A stretch of DNA of 17,276 bases from Candidatus Thalassarchaeaceae archaeon (lineage in GTDB: Archaea; Thermoplasmatota; Poseidoniia; Poseidoniales; Thalassarchaeaceae). The stretch covers positions 1 through 17,276 of the forward strand of contig JASLKH010000078.1 of NCBI GenBank assembly GCA_030747675.1, read 5' to 3'. Below, in pieces: positions 6,545-14,195 of the stretch. Below the pieces are notes generated by a model that saw only the letters and a list, made by a program, of their open reading frames with translations, had not been told where the DNA came from and ran no database searches. Position 1 is the stretch's first letter. Each line of letters opens with the position of its first letter. Both the position numbers and the translations under genes were made by a program.

Positions 6545-7918
6545 ATGGGATTTTTCGATCGATTTCGGAAGCGAGTCAAAGAGGTGGCTGAAGATACAGA
6601 TCTAGAATCATTGACGGTAGAAGAAGACAGCGCGGAGGGAATTGAGGCACTTGCCACACCCACACCCTCTGAACAAGTAGAAGAGGATTGGGACAATATC
6701 GAGGAGATAGAAGCCCCAGTAGAAATTGCAGACCAAGAAGAGGACTGGGATGACTGGGACGAGGAACCCGAAACCCCAGCCGCACCCTCCATTTCTAAAA
6801 AAGAACGAAAGCGAATAGAAAGAGAAAAACGCCAACGTGAAAAAGAAAAGAAAAAGTTAGCAAAGAAAGGCATCGACATAGATCAAGTAGTCAGGCCAGA
6901 CGGCTCCCGTGTTGATTTACATGTAATGCGCTCAACAACAGGCCGTAAATTAGTCGAAGTAGAACATGCACCTCGAATGTCTGTTGGTAAAAAAAAGGTG
7001 GAGACTGAAAAAGGAACATCCTTCGAAATAGACCTTGGAGGAGGGATGGTGGAGAAAGGCGGTCGAATTGTTAAAGATGGTCCCGTATTAGAAAACCTTC
7101 TCGAAGAATTAGAATTGGTTATGCTTGAAGCTGACATGGGGCGCAAGGCCATGCAAGAGGTGATCGACGCCCTAAGGATGGAGTTAATTGGAAGCCGTTT
7201 GCGCAAGGGTGCAGACCTAACCAAAGTAATTGAGGCAAGCCTTAAGCGAGCCCTTCACAGTCTACTTATCGCAGGATACTGGGATTTCAACAAGACTGTT
7301 GATAGTATGATAGAAGATGGAGACACCCCTGTGATTATCATGATGGTCGGTGTTAATGGAACTGGTAAAACAACCACCACTGCAAAGATTGCACACCGCC
7401 TCAATAATGAGGGGCGATCAGTTGTTTTAGCCGCTGCCGACACGTTTCGTGCAGGCGCTATTGATCAATTAGAAACGCATGCTGAGAGAATCGGAGTTAG
7501 GTGTGTATCCAGCGAGAGAGGCGGGGACTCTGCAGCGATCGCAAGAGATGCAGTTGAAAGTGCAAAGGCTCGAGGTGCCGATGTTGTGATAGTTGATACA
7601 GCAGGCAGGATGACCAACAAAATTAATCTCATGAACGAATTACAAAAAGTCCACAGGGTAGCACAACCACATTTAGTACTCTTTGTTGGTGATGCTTTAG
7701 CAGGTAATGACGCAGTCGAACAAGCAGTGGAATTCCAAAGAATGCTCAAATTCGATGGAGCAGTATTGTGTAAACTAGACACAGATGCCAAAGGGGGTGC
7801 CGCCCTCTCAATTGCCCATGCAACTGGCCGACCAATTGTCTTGGCTGGGGTGGGACAAGATTATGCTGACCTCAAACAATTTGACTCAGATTGGCTTCTA
7901 GAAATGATGTTTGAATAG
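6545..7918 (+). CDS. ftsY: Signal recognition particle receptor FtsY with long N-terminal region
   Basis: SRP GTPase motifs GVNGTGKTTT, AADTFRAGAIDQL, DTAGR, CKLDTDAKGGAALS, GVGQDY; NG domain from LEELELVMLEADM. Confidence 0.96.
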   Translation: MGFFDRFRKRVKEVAEDTDLESLTVEEDSAEGIEALATPTPSEQVEEDWDNIEEIEAPVEIADQEEDWDDWDEEPETPAAPSISKKERKRIEREKRQREKEKKKLAKKGIDIDQVVRPDGSRVDLHVMRSTTGRKLVEVEHAPRMSVGKKKVETEKGTSFEIDLGGGMVEKGGRIVKDGPVLENLLEELELVMLEADMGRKAMQEVIDALRMELIGSRLRKGADLTKVIEASLKRALHSLLIAGYWDFNKTVDSMIEDGDTPVIIMMVGVNGTGKTTTTAKIAHRLNNEGRSVVLAAADTFRAGAIDQLETHAERIGVRCVSSERGGDSAAIARDAVESAKARGADVVIVDTAGRMTNKINLMNELQKVHRVAQPHLVLFVGDALAGNDAVEQAVEFQRMLKFDGAVLCKLDTDAKGGAALSIAHATGRPIVLAGVGQDYADLKQFDSDWLLEMMFE

Positions 7919-7929
7919 GGTGTGATACG

Positions 7930-8301
7930 ATGGACGAGATATTAAATTCAGACGAAAGTCAACGATTCTTCTCTTTAGTGTACATGTTGCAACGCAGTAC
8001 TTTGATGAACATGGGAATGATTGCAGATGCGGAAGGAATGATCCACTTCAACTTGGGAGAGGCTAAGGAAGGAATTGACATTCTTGACACACTCAATAAA
8101 AGAACTGAAGGCAATCTGGAAGAAGTTGAAGCAACACTTCTGAAAGGAATCGTTTCTGAATTGAAGATGGCATTTGTCCGCGCACCATCTCAGCAGCAAG
8201 CAATTGAAGCAGAAAAGAATCGACAAGAGGAACTCCGTGAGACATTTGTATCCCCTGAAACCGCACCTTCTGACACACTAATTGATGATGAAGAGGAGTG
8301 A
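7930..8301 (+). CDS. DUF1844 family protein
   Basis: FFSLVYML..MG....G..HFNL.EAKEGIDIL.TL..RTEGNL...E..LL..IVSELKMAFV matches the DUF1844 pattern; GGGTGTGA upstream of the ATG. Confidence 0.8.
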   Translation: MDEILNSDESQRFFSLVYMLQRSTLMNMGMIADAEGMIHFNLGEAKEGIDILDTLNKRTEGNLEEVEATLLKGIVSELKMAFVRAPSQQQAIEAEKNRQEELRETFVSPETAPSDTLIDDEEE

Positions 8302-8354
8302 ACCGCCCATCCGTTCGTTTGATGAATCAACCCGTTTTCCGAGAAGTGGTAGCC

Positions 8355-9029
8355 ATGGTACGAGTCACCGCGTCAGACGACCCAGACGCTAACATTGTCC
8401 TCATTGTAGACAACAACCCAATGAACACCCATCGGCTTACTCAAGTATTCACTCAAAAGGGTTGGAGAATAGAAGTATGCGAGGACGGAGACCTGGCTGT
8501 AGACACTTATGTTGAACTCAAACCAAACCTCACTCTTCTTGCTCTTGATCTGCCGACAATGGATGGCCACATTGCAGCGTTAGAAATGCGCGAATCCGAT
8601 CCTAACGCACGAATTGCCTTCATGTCTTCCCGCAGTCAACGAAACCTCGCAGCTGATGCTACACATTCAGCGGGTGCAGTGGTTTGGTTAGAGAAACCAG
8701 TGACCAAACAAATCATTGATGTAAATTGGGAGATGATCATGGGAGATATTCCTGAAGCACCTGGTTTAGAAGACATGGACCAACTTTATCCAGATGTTGA
8801 TACCCATCGTGCAAAAAGAGACGGTGAAGAAGTTGTGGATGTGACATCTGCTTTACCACCACTTCCGGCTTTACCGACAATATCTCTCCCGGCACCCGAG
8901 GTTGCATCCACACCTGAACCAAAGAAAAAAGGAAACAAACTCAAAATCACACTCTTATTCTTGCTTTTAGCAGGGGCCGGAGTAGGTATGTGGGTATATT
9001 CAACCCCGTGGCAACAGGGTTTGATTTGA
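8355..9029 (+). CDS. CheY-like receiver domain lacking the phosphoacceptor Asp, with Pro-rich linker and C-terminal transmembrane anchor
   Basis: VLIVDNN, EDG, PNLTLLALDLPTMDG, AGAVVWLEKP; hydrophobic ITLLFLLLAGAGVGMWVY near the C-terminus. ATG 8355 is preferred; GTG 8298 (overlapping the DUF1844 stop) is the alternative. Confidence 0.82.
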   Translation: MVRVTASDDPDANIVLIVDNNPMNTHRLTQVFTQKGWRIEVCEDGDLAVDTYVELKPNLTLLALDLPTMDGHIAALEMRESDPNARIAFMSSRSQRNLAADATHSAGAVVWLEKPVTKQIIDVNWEMIMGDIPEAPGLEDMDQLYPDVDTHRAKRDGEEVVDVTSALPPLPALPTISLPAPEVASTPEPKKKGNKLKITLLFLLLAGAGVGMWVYSTPWQQGLI

Positions 9030-9033
9030 ACAA

Positions 9034-9282
9034 TCAGAAAGGCGGCTGCTGTTGAATTGGTACCGCCTGTGCCGGTACATATGGAACAATAACACTCCCT
9101 TCAGGAGCATCAAGAATAGTTTCTACTTTAGTGCTAGAACTGTGCAATAAAGTTTCATCACATTGATCAATTCGTTGATCTAGAGTAACATAGGAATTCC
9201 ATTGCCACCAACTAACCACCACTAACAAACTCAACATCACAACGAATAGAATTAAGCCAAAGAAATTAGTTGCAACAGACAT
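9034..9282 (-). CDS. Small (82 aa) single-pass membrane protein of unknown function
   Basis: ATG at 9282 overlaps the pyrF stop (TGATG) with GGAGG 6 nt upstream; N-terminal hydrophobic helix FFGLILFVVMLSLLVVVSWW; fills the gap between pyrF and the convergent receiver gene. Confidence 0.68.
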   Translation of the reverse strand: MSVATNFFGLILFVVMLSLLVVVSWWQWNSYVTLDQRIDQCDETLLHSSSTKVETILDAPEGSVIVPYVPAQAVPIQQQPPF

Positions 9283-10088
9283 CAAAATCCTCCACGTTCC
9301 AACAAAGCCTCCCAAGAAACAAGTGCATATTCTTCTGCTGCACCACGAGGGTTGTTGACACCGTGTATTCCGCTGCCAACAATAATCCCATCACTTCCAG
9401 AGAGCACCGCCTTGCGCGGATCCCCATACCTTTGACCCATTTCCCCATCACCAATTGCAATATTAACACCTGGAGTCCAAATCATTTTTTTGTCACCCAC
9501 ACGACTCCGCAAGGACGCAACATCATCTGAATTACTTCCATTGCCAATGAAACCAAATACTCCAGAATGTGAGCAACCTGCAGCTACCATAGCATCCGTG
9601 TACCCTGGAATTTCCAAAAGATTACCGCGGCTTGACATTTGAGCGAGTAATAACACCCCTCCCTCCCTGTCAACATCAGACCACCCTGCACATAATCCAT
9701 CAACGATGTCAGGCCCTGAAATCCCATGCGCAGTTACTATGTCACTCCAAGAGCGAATATCGTAAGCCCCAGCCATTTGCCCACGGCTTATTTTCCCAAT
9801 ATCTGCAAATTTACGGTCTTCAAAAATCAATAAGTCGTGCTTTTTAGCATGATGACACAACTCCCCCCACTCCTCAGCATCCCAATCGTCAACGAGATCG
9901 ACATGAGTTTTTAGTGCTGCAATATGGGGCCCAACAAGATTAATCATTGATTTCAAATCACCCATAGTTCTCAAATCAGCAGCTAAAACCACTAAACTTT
10001 GCTTACGTGAAGCCACTTCCATATAGCGACGAGCTAGTGAATTGTCACACATTTTCCAACGTGGACCCCACACTTCACTTGCTTCCAT
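9282..10088 (-). CDS. pyrF: Orotidine 5'-phosphate decarboxylase, URA3/UMPS-like subfamily
   Basis: LAADL, LKTHVD, catalytic FEDRKFADIG, WSDIVTAHG, LLAQMSSRGNL, WTPGV, GQRY, DGIIVG. Confidence 0.93.
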   Translation of the reverse strand: MEASEVWGPRWKMCDNSLARRYMEVASRKQSLVVLAADLRTMGDLKSMINLVGPHIAALKTHVDLVDDWDAEEWGELCHHAKKHDLLIFEDRKFADIGKISRGQMAGAYDIRSWSDIVTAHGISGPDIVDGLCAGWSDVDREGGVLLLAQMSSRGNLLEIPGYTDAMVAAGCSHSGVFGFIGNGSNSDDVASLRSRVGDKKMIWTPGVNIAIGDGEMGQRYGDPRKAVLSGSDGIIVGSGIHGVNNPRGAAEEYALVSWEALLERGGF

Positions 10089-10133
10089 CAGGCACGGGTA
10101 GGGTCACCACCCCTCAATCCTTCGGGTCGGAAA

Positions 10134-11150
10134 TTATCTCCAACCTGCATCAACTACAGAGTTAACACCGTCTACGATGGTATCTTCAAGAGACATCCAA
10201 TTCATACCTAATTGATCCACCGCTGGACTTGAGTCATATTCACAAGTAGTACCAATATTTGTTTTGACCCATTTTGGAGAGATTAGAGGATGAAATATGG
10301 AAATTCCATAAGCAACCAATTTTGGCGCCACAAGCTTCGGCCATTTTCGTTGAGGAACTTTCTGCCGCAACAAAGCAGCAATTTCTTTCATCCACATTGA
10401 ATCATTAAACACAATGTATCTTCCTAAATTTTCTCCTTTGTCAAGAGCATTTACATGCGCAATAGCTACATCTCTAACATCCACAATGTTCACGTGCATT
10501 TTCAGAAGAACAGGAGGTTTACGTTTCAATAGGTGATCAAGGACAGACATAGATCCTTTCAGGTGTCTTTCAGACATGATTGGGCCCAGTACTATGCAGG
10601 GATTAATAGAAACGTAACGCGGTCGCAAACCTTCTTCCTGAGAATTAACCCATTCTCTTGCCATTTTTTCCGCTCCTGCTTTAGCAAGCCCGTATGCATT
10701 TGTTTTGACAGTTGCATCATCACACCAATCTTCGTTGGTAAATGTTAGTCCATTTCGATACCCCGTCCTTCGCACTGCTGCCACAGATGATGTGTGCACA
10801 ATTCTCTTGACCGCACCTTCACGTTCTAACGCACTCAACAAATTTCTAGTCCCATCAATCGATGGATCTATGACATCACGCTGCGGGTCCATAGCCCCTG
10901 CATATAGGGCTGCAGCACAGTGTATAACATCCTCACAACCAACAACGGCAGATGACACAGAAGCCCTATCCAACAAATCCATTTTTACAATTTCTAAATT
11001 TTCTGAGCTAGGGAGATCAAGTAAAAATTTAGCATTCACAGGATCTCTAACAGTTGCCCGCACCTTCTTTCCATTTGCAAGGAGTTCACGTACCACATGC
11101 GAACCAATGAATCCAGCGGCACCGGTGACCAAGACAATTTCTTCGCCCAT
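10134..11150 (-). CDS. NAD(P)-dependent epimerase/dehydratase, extended SDR of the dihydroflavonol-reductase/Gre2-like group
   Basis: LVTGAAGFIGSHVV (TGxxGxxG), VIHCAA, HTSSVAAV, catalytic YGLAK (YxxxK), INPCIVLGP, VDVRDVAIAHV. Confidence 0.9.
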   Translation of the reverse strand: MGEEIVLVTGAAGFIGSHVVRELLANGKKVRATVRDPVNAKFLLDLPSSENLEIVKMDLLDRASVSSAVVGCEDVIHCAAALYAGAMDPQRDVIDPSIDGTRNLLSALEREGAVKRIVHTSSVAAVRRTGYRNGLTFTNEDWCDDATVKTNAYGLAKAGAEKMAREWVNSQEEGLRPRYVSINPCIVLGPIMSERHLKGSMSVLDHLLKRKPPVLLKMHVNIVDVRDVAIAHVNALDKGENLGRYIVFNDSMWMKEIAALLRQKVPQRKWPKLVAPKLVAYGISIFHPLISPKWVKTNIGTTCEYDSSPAVDQLGMNWMSLEDTIVDGVNSVVDAGWR

Positions 11151-11211
11151 AATCTCACATCCATTCTTTGTCCATGAACTCTCCTAAGGGCCCGACCTGT
11201 GGCGGAAAGTG

Positions 11212-11230
11212 TCAAAGGGAGACCCTTTGA
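11212..11230. promoter_or_regulatory. Perfect 8 bp inverted repeat in the divergent SDR / membrane-protein spacer (candidate operator)
   Basis: TCAAAGGG-AGA-CCCTTTGA, ending 9 nt before the ATG at 11240. Confidence 0.45.
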
Positions 11231-11239
11231 GCCGTAATC

Positions 11240-11845
11240 ATGGCGAAAGGAACGCAAACGGATGATAACAACTCGTCCGGCCTCAAGAAATGGTTTATGC
11301 GACAGTATTGGCGCCTTCAACAATCCCAATCAATAATTTCAATGGGCTTTTGGGTAATATTGCTCACGTTAAACATCTGGCCATATATCCGATGGCGATT
11401 TGAAGATAACGAATCATTTCTCGGACTTTCCATGACGTATTGGGGCTTTGCGTCTATTGGCATAATTGTGATTTTCTTCGTCATGTTTGTAGGATGGGTC
11501 TATGATCACTTCTTTTCATTGTGGAAGGAACATCAGAACGTAATCATTGAGCGCAATCCATTTGCAACATATTTACTCACTCCCCGGGACGCCATAATAA
11601 TCGGACATCTTTCTACGGCTTTGAGATCACAACACCCTGATGATGAAAAAATCCAGGCGCAGTGTGATTGGATGGAGAAATGGATTGCTACAACCCCCGA
11701 CCTTGAAGTCTTCCGAAGAATGGTTACCGAATTAGATGCTAAATTGGGCGAACCTGTTCCAGAATTCACCTTCTTGCCCGATGGAGCTGTTGAAAAAGCT
11801 CGAAATACAGCCCGCAAAGATCTGATGAAGCCCGATGATAATTGA
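11240..11845 (+). CDS. Hypothetical membrane protein with two predicted TM helices
   Basis: 201 aa ORF with hydrophobic stretches IISMGFWVILLTLNIWPYI and YWGFASIGIIVIFFVMFVGWVY, then ERNPF; 9 nt gap to the next gene. Confidence 0.8.
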   Translation: MAKGTQTDDNNSSGLKKWFMRQYWRLQQSQSIISMGFWVILLTLNIWPYIRWRFEDNESFLGLSMTYWGFASIGIIVIFFVMFVGWVYDHFFSLWKEHQNVIIERNPFATYLLTPRDAIIIGHLSTALRSQHPDDEKIQAQCDWMEKWIATTPDLEVFRRMVTELDAKLGEPVPEFTFLPDGAVEKARNTARKDLMKPDDN

Positions 11846-11854
11846 GGTGTTGAA

Positions 11855-12397
11855 ATGCGAATTGTAGGGATGGTTCCAGCCCGCCTCGGCTCCAAAAGAC
11901 TGGTTCGTAAAAACCTGCAGGATTTGAATGGGCACCCACTCATTTCATACGCCATTAGAGCACTACAAAGCATCCCAGTAATCGATGAAGTCTACGTGTC
12001 CACAGAAGCAGAAGAAATTGCTGAAACTGCACGAGATTATGGTGCCACCCCAATCATGAGGCCCCCCGCATTAGCCGAAGATCACATTCGAAGTCAAGAT
12101 GTGTTTCAGCACTTTGCCTCAGAAGTCGAATTCGACATCCTCGTAATCGCTCAGGCAAACAGCCCAAATGTCCAAGCAAGTAATATCGAGAAAGGAATTA
12201 ATTTGATGAGAAAGAACGATTTATGGGAGGTCCGTAGTGTGAACAACGAAGGTTTAGAAAATGGAGCATTTTGGATTTTGAAAAGAAATACAATTGCATG
12301 GGAGGGCCTTTCTTGTTACTTCGGAATCGTAATCGATGACGCTGTTGACATTCATACCACAGATGATCTCCATGCAGCAAAGGAGATGATGGAATAA
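11855..12397 (+). CDS. neuA: Acylneuraminate (nonulosonate) cytidylyltransferase, NeuA/SpsF family, compact 180 aa form
   Basis: VPARLGSKRL.RKNL..LNGHPLI, VSTE, RP..LAED, QANSP, ENGAFWI, DIHT.DDL; GAGGTG upstream. The symbol is family-level only. Confidence 0.88.
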   Translation: MRIVGMVPARLGSKRLVRKNLQDLNGHPLISYAIRALQSIPVIDEVYVSTEAEEIAETARDYGATPIMRPPALAEDHIRSQDVFQHFASEVEFDILVIAQANSPNVQASNIEKGINLMRKNDLWEVRSVNNEGLENGAFWILKRNTIAWEGLSCYFGIVIDDAVDIHTTDDLHAAKEMME

Positions 12398-13116
12398 TGT
12401 TGAAAGTCAGTGTAATTGTTACGAATTACAATTACTCCTCGTTCATTGGTCGATGCTTACGCTCATTACTTTCTCAAAGTATGCCGACCGAAGAATATGA
12501 AGTCATAGTAGTGGACGATGGGTCCACAGACAATAGTCGCGAAATCATCGAATCATTTGGAGATAAAATCAATGCAATATATGTTGAAAACGGGGGCGTT
12601 GCCAAAGCATCCAATATTGGAATTCAAGCCGCAAAAGGACCCTTTGTAATGCGGGTCGATGCTGATGATTACGTGAACCCACATATGTTGCTAATAATGA
12701 GTGAGGCCCTATTTTGGAACCCTGACTTTGGGTTTGTATATTGTGATCATTTTCGGGTCGATGAGCGTGAAGAACGAGTTGAAAGAATCCGTCTAAATAC
12801 AGTTGATAAATTATACAACCACGGTGCAGGCATTCTATTTCGAAAGGCGAATTTAGAGAGTCTAGGTTTGTATGACGTAGATATTGACAATTGTGAAGAT
12901 TTTGATTTACTCATTCGTTACCTGAAGAATTGGGATGGTTACCATGTCAAAATGCCATTATATCGGTATACACAGCATGGAAATAGCTTGACAGACAATA
13001 TTGAACAGCGGACAGAACGCGAAAAAACAGTACGCGAGAAACACAATTTGTATCCAGATTATACTCATGAGGCATCTAGAATATTAGATGGTAAAAAAAT
13101 AGATGGTCAGGAGTAG
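12397..13116 (+). CDS. Glycosyltransferase family 2 (GT-A, SpsA-like)
   Basis: VSVIVTNYNY, VVDDGSTD, NIGIQAAKG, RVDADD (DxD), EDFDLLIR; start overlaps the neuA stop (TAATG). Confidence 0.9.
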   Translation: MLKVSVIVTNYNYSSFIGRCLRSLLSQSMPTEEYEVIVVDDGSTDNSREIIESFGDKINAIYVENGGVAKASNIGIQAAKGPFVMRVDADDYVNPHMLLIMSEALFWNPDFGFVYCDHFRVDEREERVERIRLNTVDKLYNHGAGILFRKANLESLGLYDVDIDNCEDFDLLIRYLKNWDGYHVKMPLYRYTQHGNSLTDNIEQRTEREKTVREKHNLYPDYTHEASRILDGKKIDGQE

Positions 13117-13122
13117 AACAAG

Positions 13123-14181
13123 ATGAGAGAAATAGAAATAGGCACACGTACAGTCGGATTAGGACACCCATGCTTTGTTATTGCTGAGGCAGGAGTAAAT
13201 CACAATGGAGAACTTTCTAGGGCCATTGAATTAATCGAAAAAGCCGCCGCGGCGGGGGTTGATGCCGTCAAGTTTCAAACATACAAAGCATCGAAATTAG
13301 TGGTGAGAGACGCCCCACGATTTTGGGACTGGGAGGGCGAATCCGATTCTGAAGGGACACAATACGATTCATATTCCCAACTCGACGGCTTACCCCTTGA
13401 TGCGTATCCTGTGATGTTTAATCGGTGCGAAGAATTAGGTGTGGAATTCATGTCAACCCCCTTTGATTTTGAGAGTGCAGATTTCCTTGATGAACTGGGG
13501 ATGCGGGCCTACAAAATCGCTTCTTGTGATTTGACAAACCATCCCTTCCTTGCGCATGTGGCAAGTAAAGGGAAACCAATGTTTCTTTCAACAGGTACAT
13601 CTACAATTGAAGAAATTCAGGCCGCAGTCAATGTTGTTCAAAAAGCAGGGAATGAGAAATTAATGCTCATGCATTGCACATTAACATACCCTACACCATA
13701 CAAAGACAGCAATCTTCGAATGATGCAGACTATGATGGAAACGTGGCCAGACATCCCTATCGGATTGTCTGATCACACACTGGGAATCTCAATTCCTGTT
13801 GCGGCCGCAGCCCTTGGTGCAACAAGCCTAGAGAAGCACTACACCGTCGATAAAACACTACCAATGTCTGCTGACCATTGGTTAAGCGTTGATCCCCCTG
13901 AGGTTACAATGATGATTGAGATGATGCGCCAAGTAGAAGTGGGACTTGGGAGTGCTGAGAAGAAACCAGTCGAAAGTGAATTAATCGCGATGAGCAATGC
14001 CCGACGAAGCGTAGTTAGTGCTTGCAATATTCCATTAGGGACTAAAATTACTGAAGATATGCTGACACAAAAGCGACCAGGCCACGGAATATCTCCCATT
14101 GAACAACATAAAGTGGTGGGCATGAAAGCAAAGGTGGACATTACCGAAGACCGCCTAATTCTTTGGGACCAACTTGAGTGA
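13123..14181 (+). CDS. neuB: N-acetylneuraminate/nonulosonate synthase, NeuB/SpsE family, with C-terminal SAF/AFP domain
   Basis: IAEAGVNHNG, DAVKFQTY, STPFD, YKIAS, LSTG, MHCT..YPT, GLSDHT, LEKHYT, DH..S, RRS, KRPGHGISP. The product (Neu/Leg/Pse/other) cannot be determined from sequence. Confidence 0.93.
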   Translation: MREIEIGTRTVGLGHPCFVIAEAGVNHNGELSRAIELIEKAAAAGVDAVKFQTYKASKLVVRDAPRFWDWEGESDSEGTQYDSYSQLDGLPLDAYPVMFNRCEELGVEFMSTPFDFESADFLDELGMRAYKIASCDLTNHPFLAHVASKGKPMFLSTGTSTIEEIQAAVNVVQKAGNEKLMLMHCTLTYPTPYKDSNLRMMQTMMETWPDIPIGLSDHTLGISIPVAAAALGATSLEKHYTVDKTLPMSADHWLSVDPPEVTMMIEMMRQVEVGLGSAEKKPVESELIAMSNARRSVVSACNIPLGTKITEDMLTQKRPGHGISPIEQHKVVGMKAKVDITEDRLILWDQLE

Positions 14182-14195
14182 ATGGAGTCGAACCC

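Noticed and set aside
6815-6870. A/G-rich low-complexity run suggesting a tandem repeat
   Set aside because: It is explained by Lys/Glu/Arg codons of the FtsY basic helix; there is no regular repeat unit.
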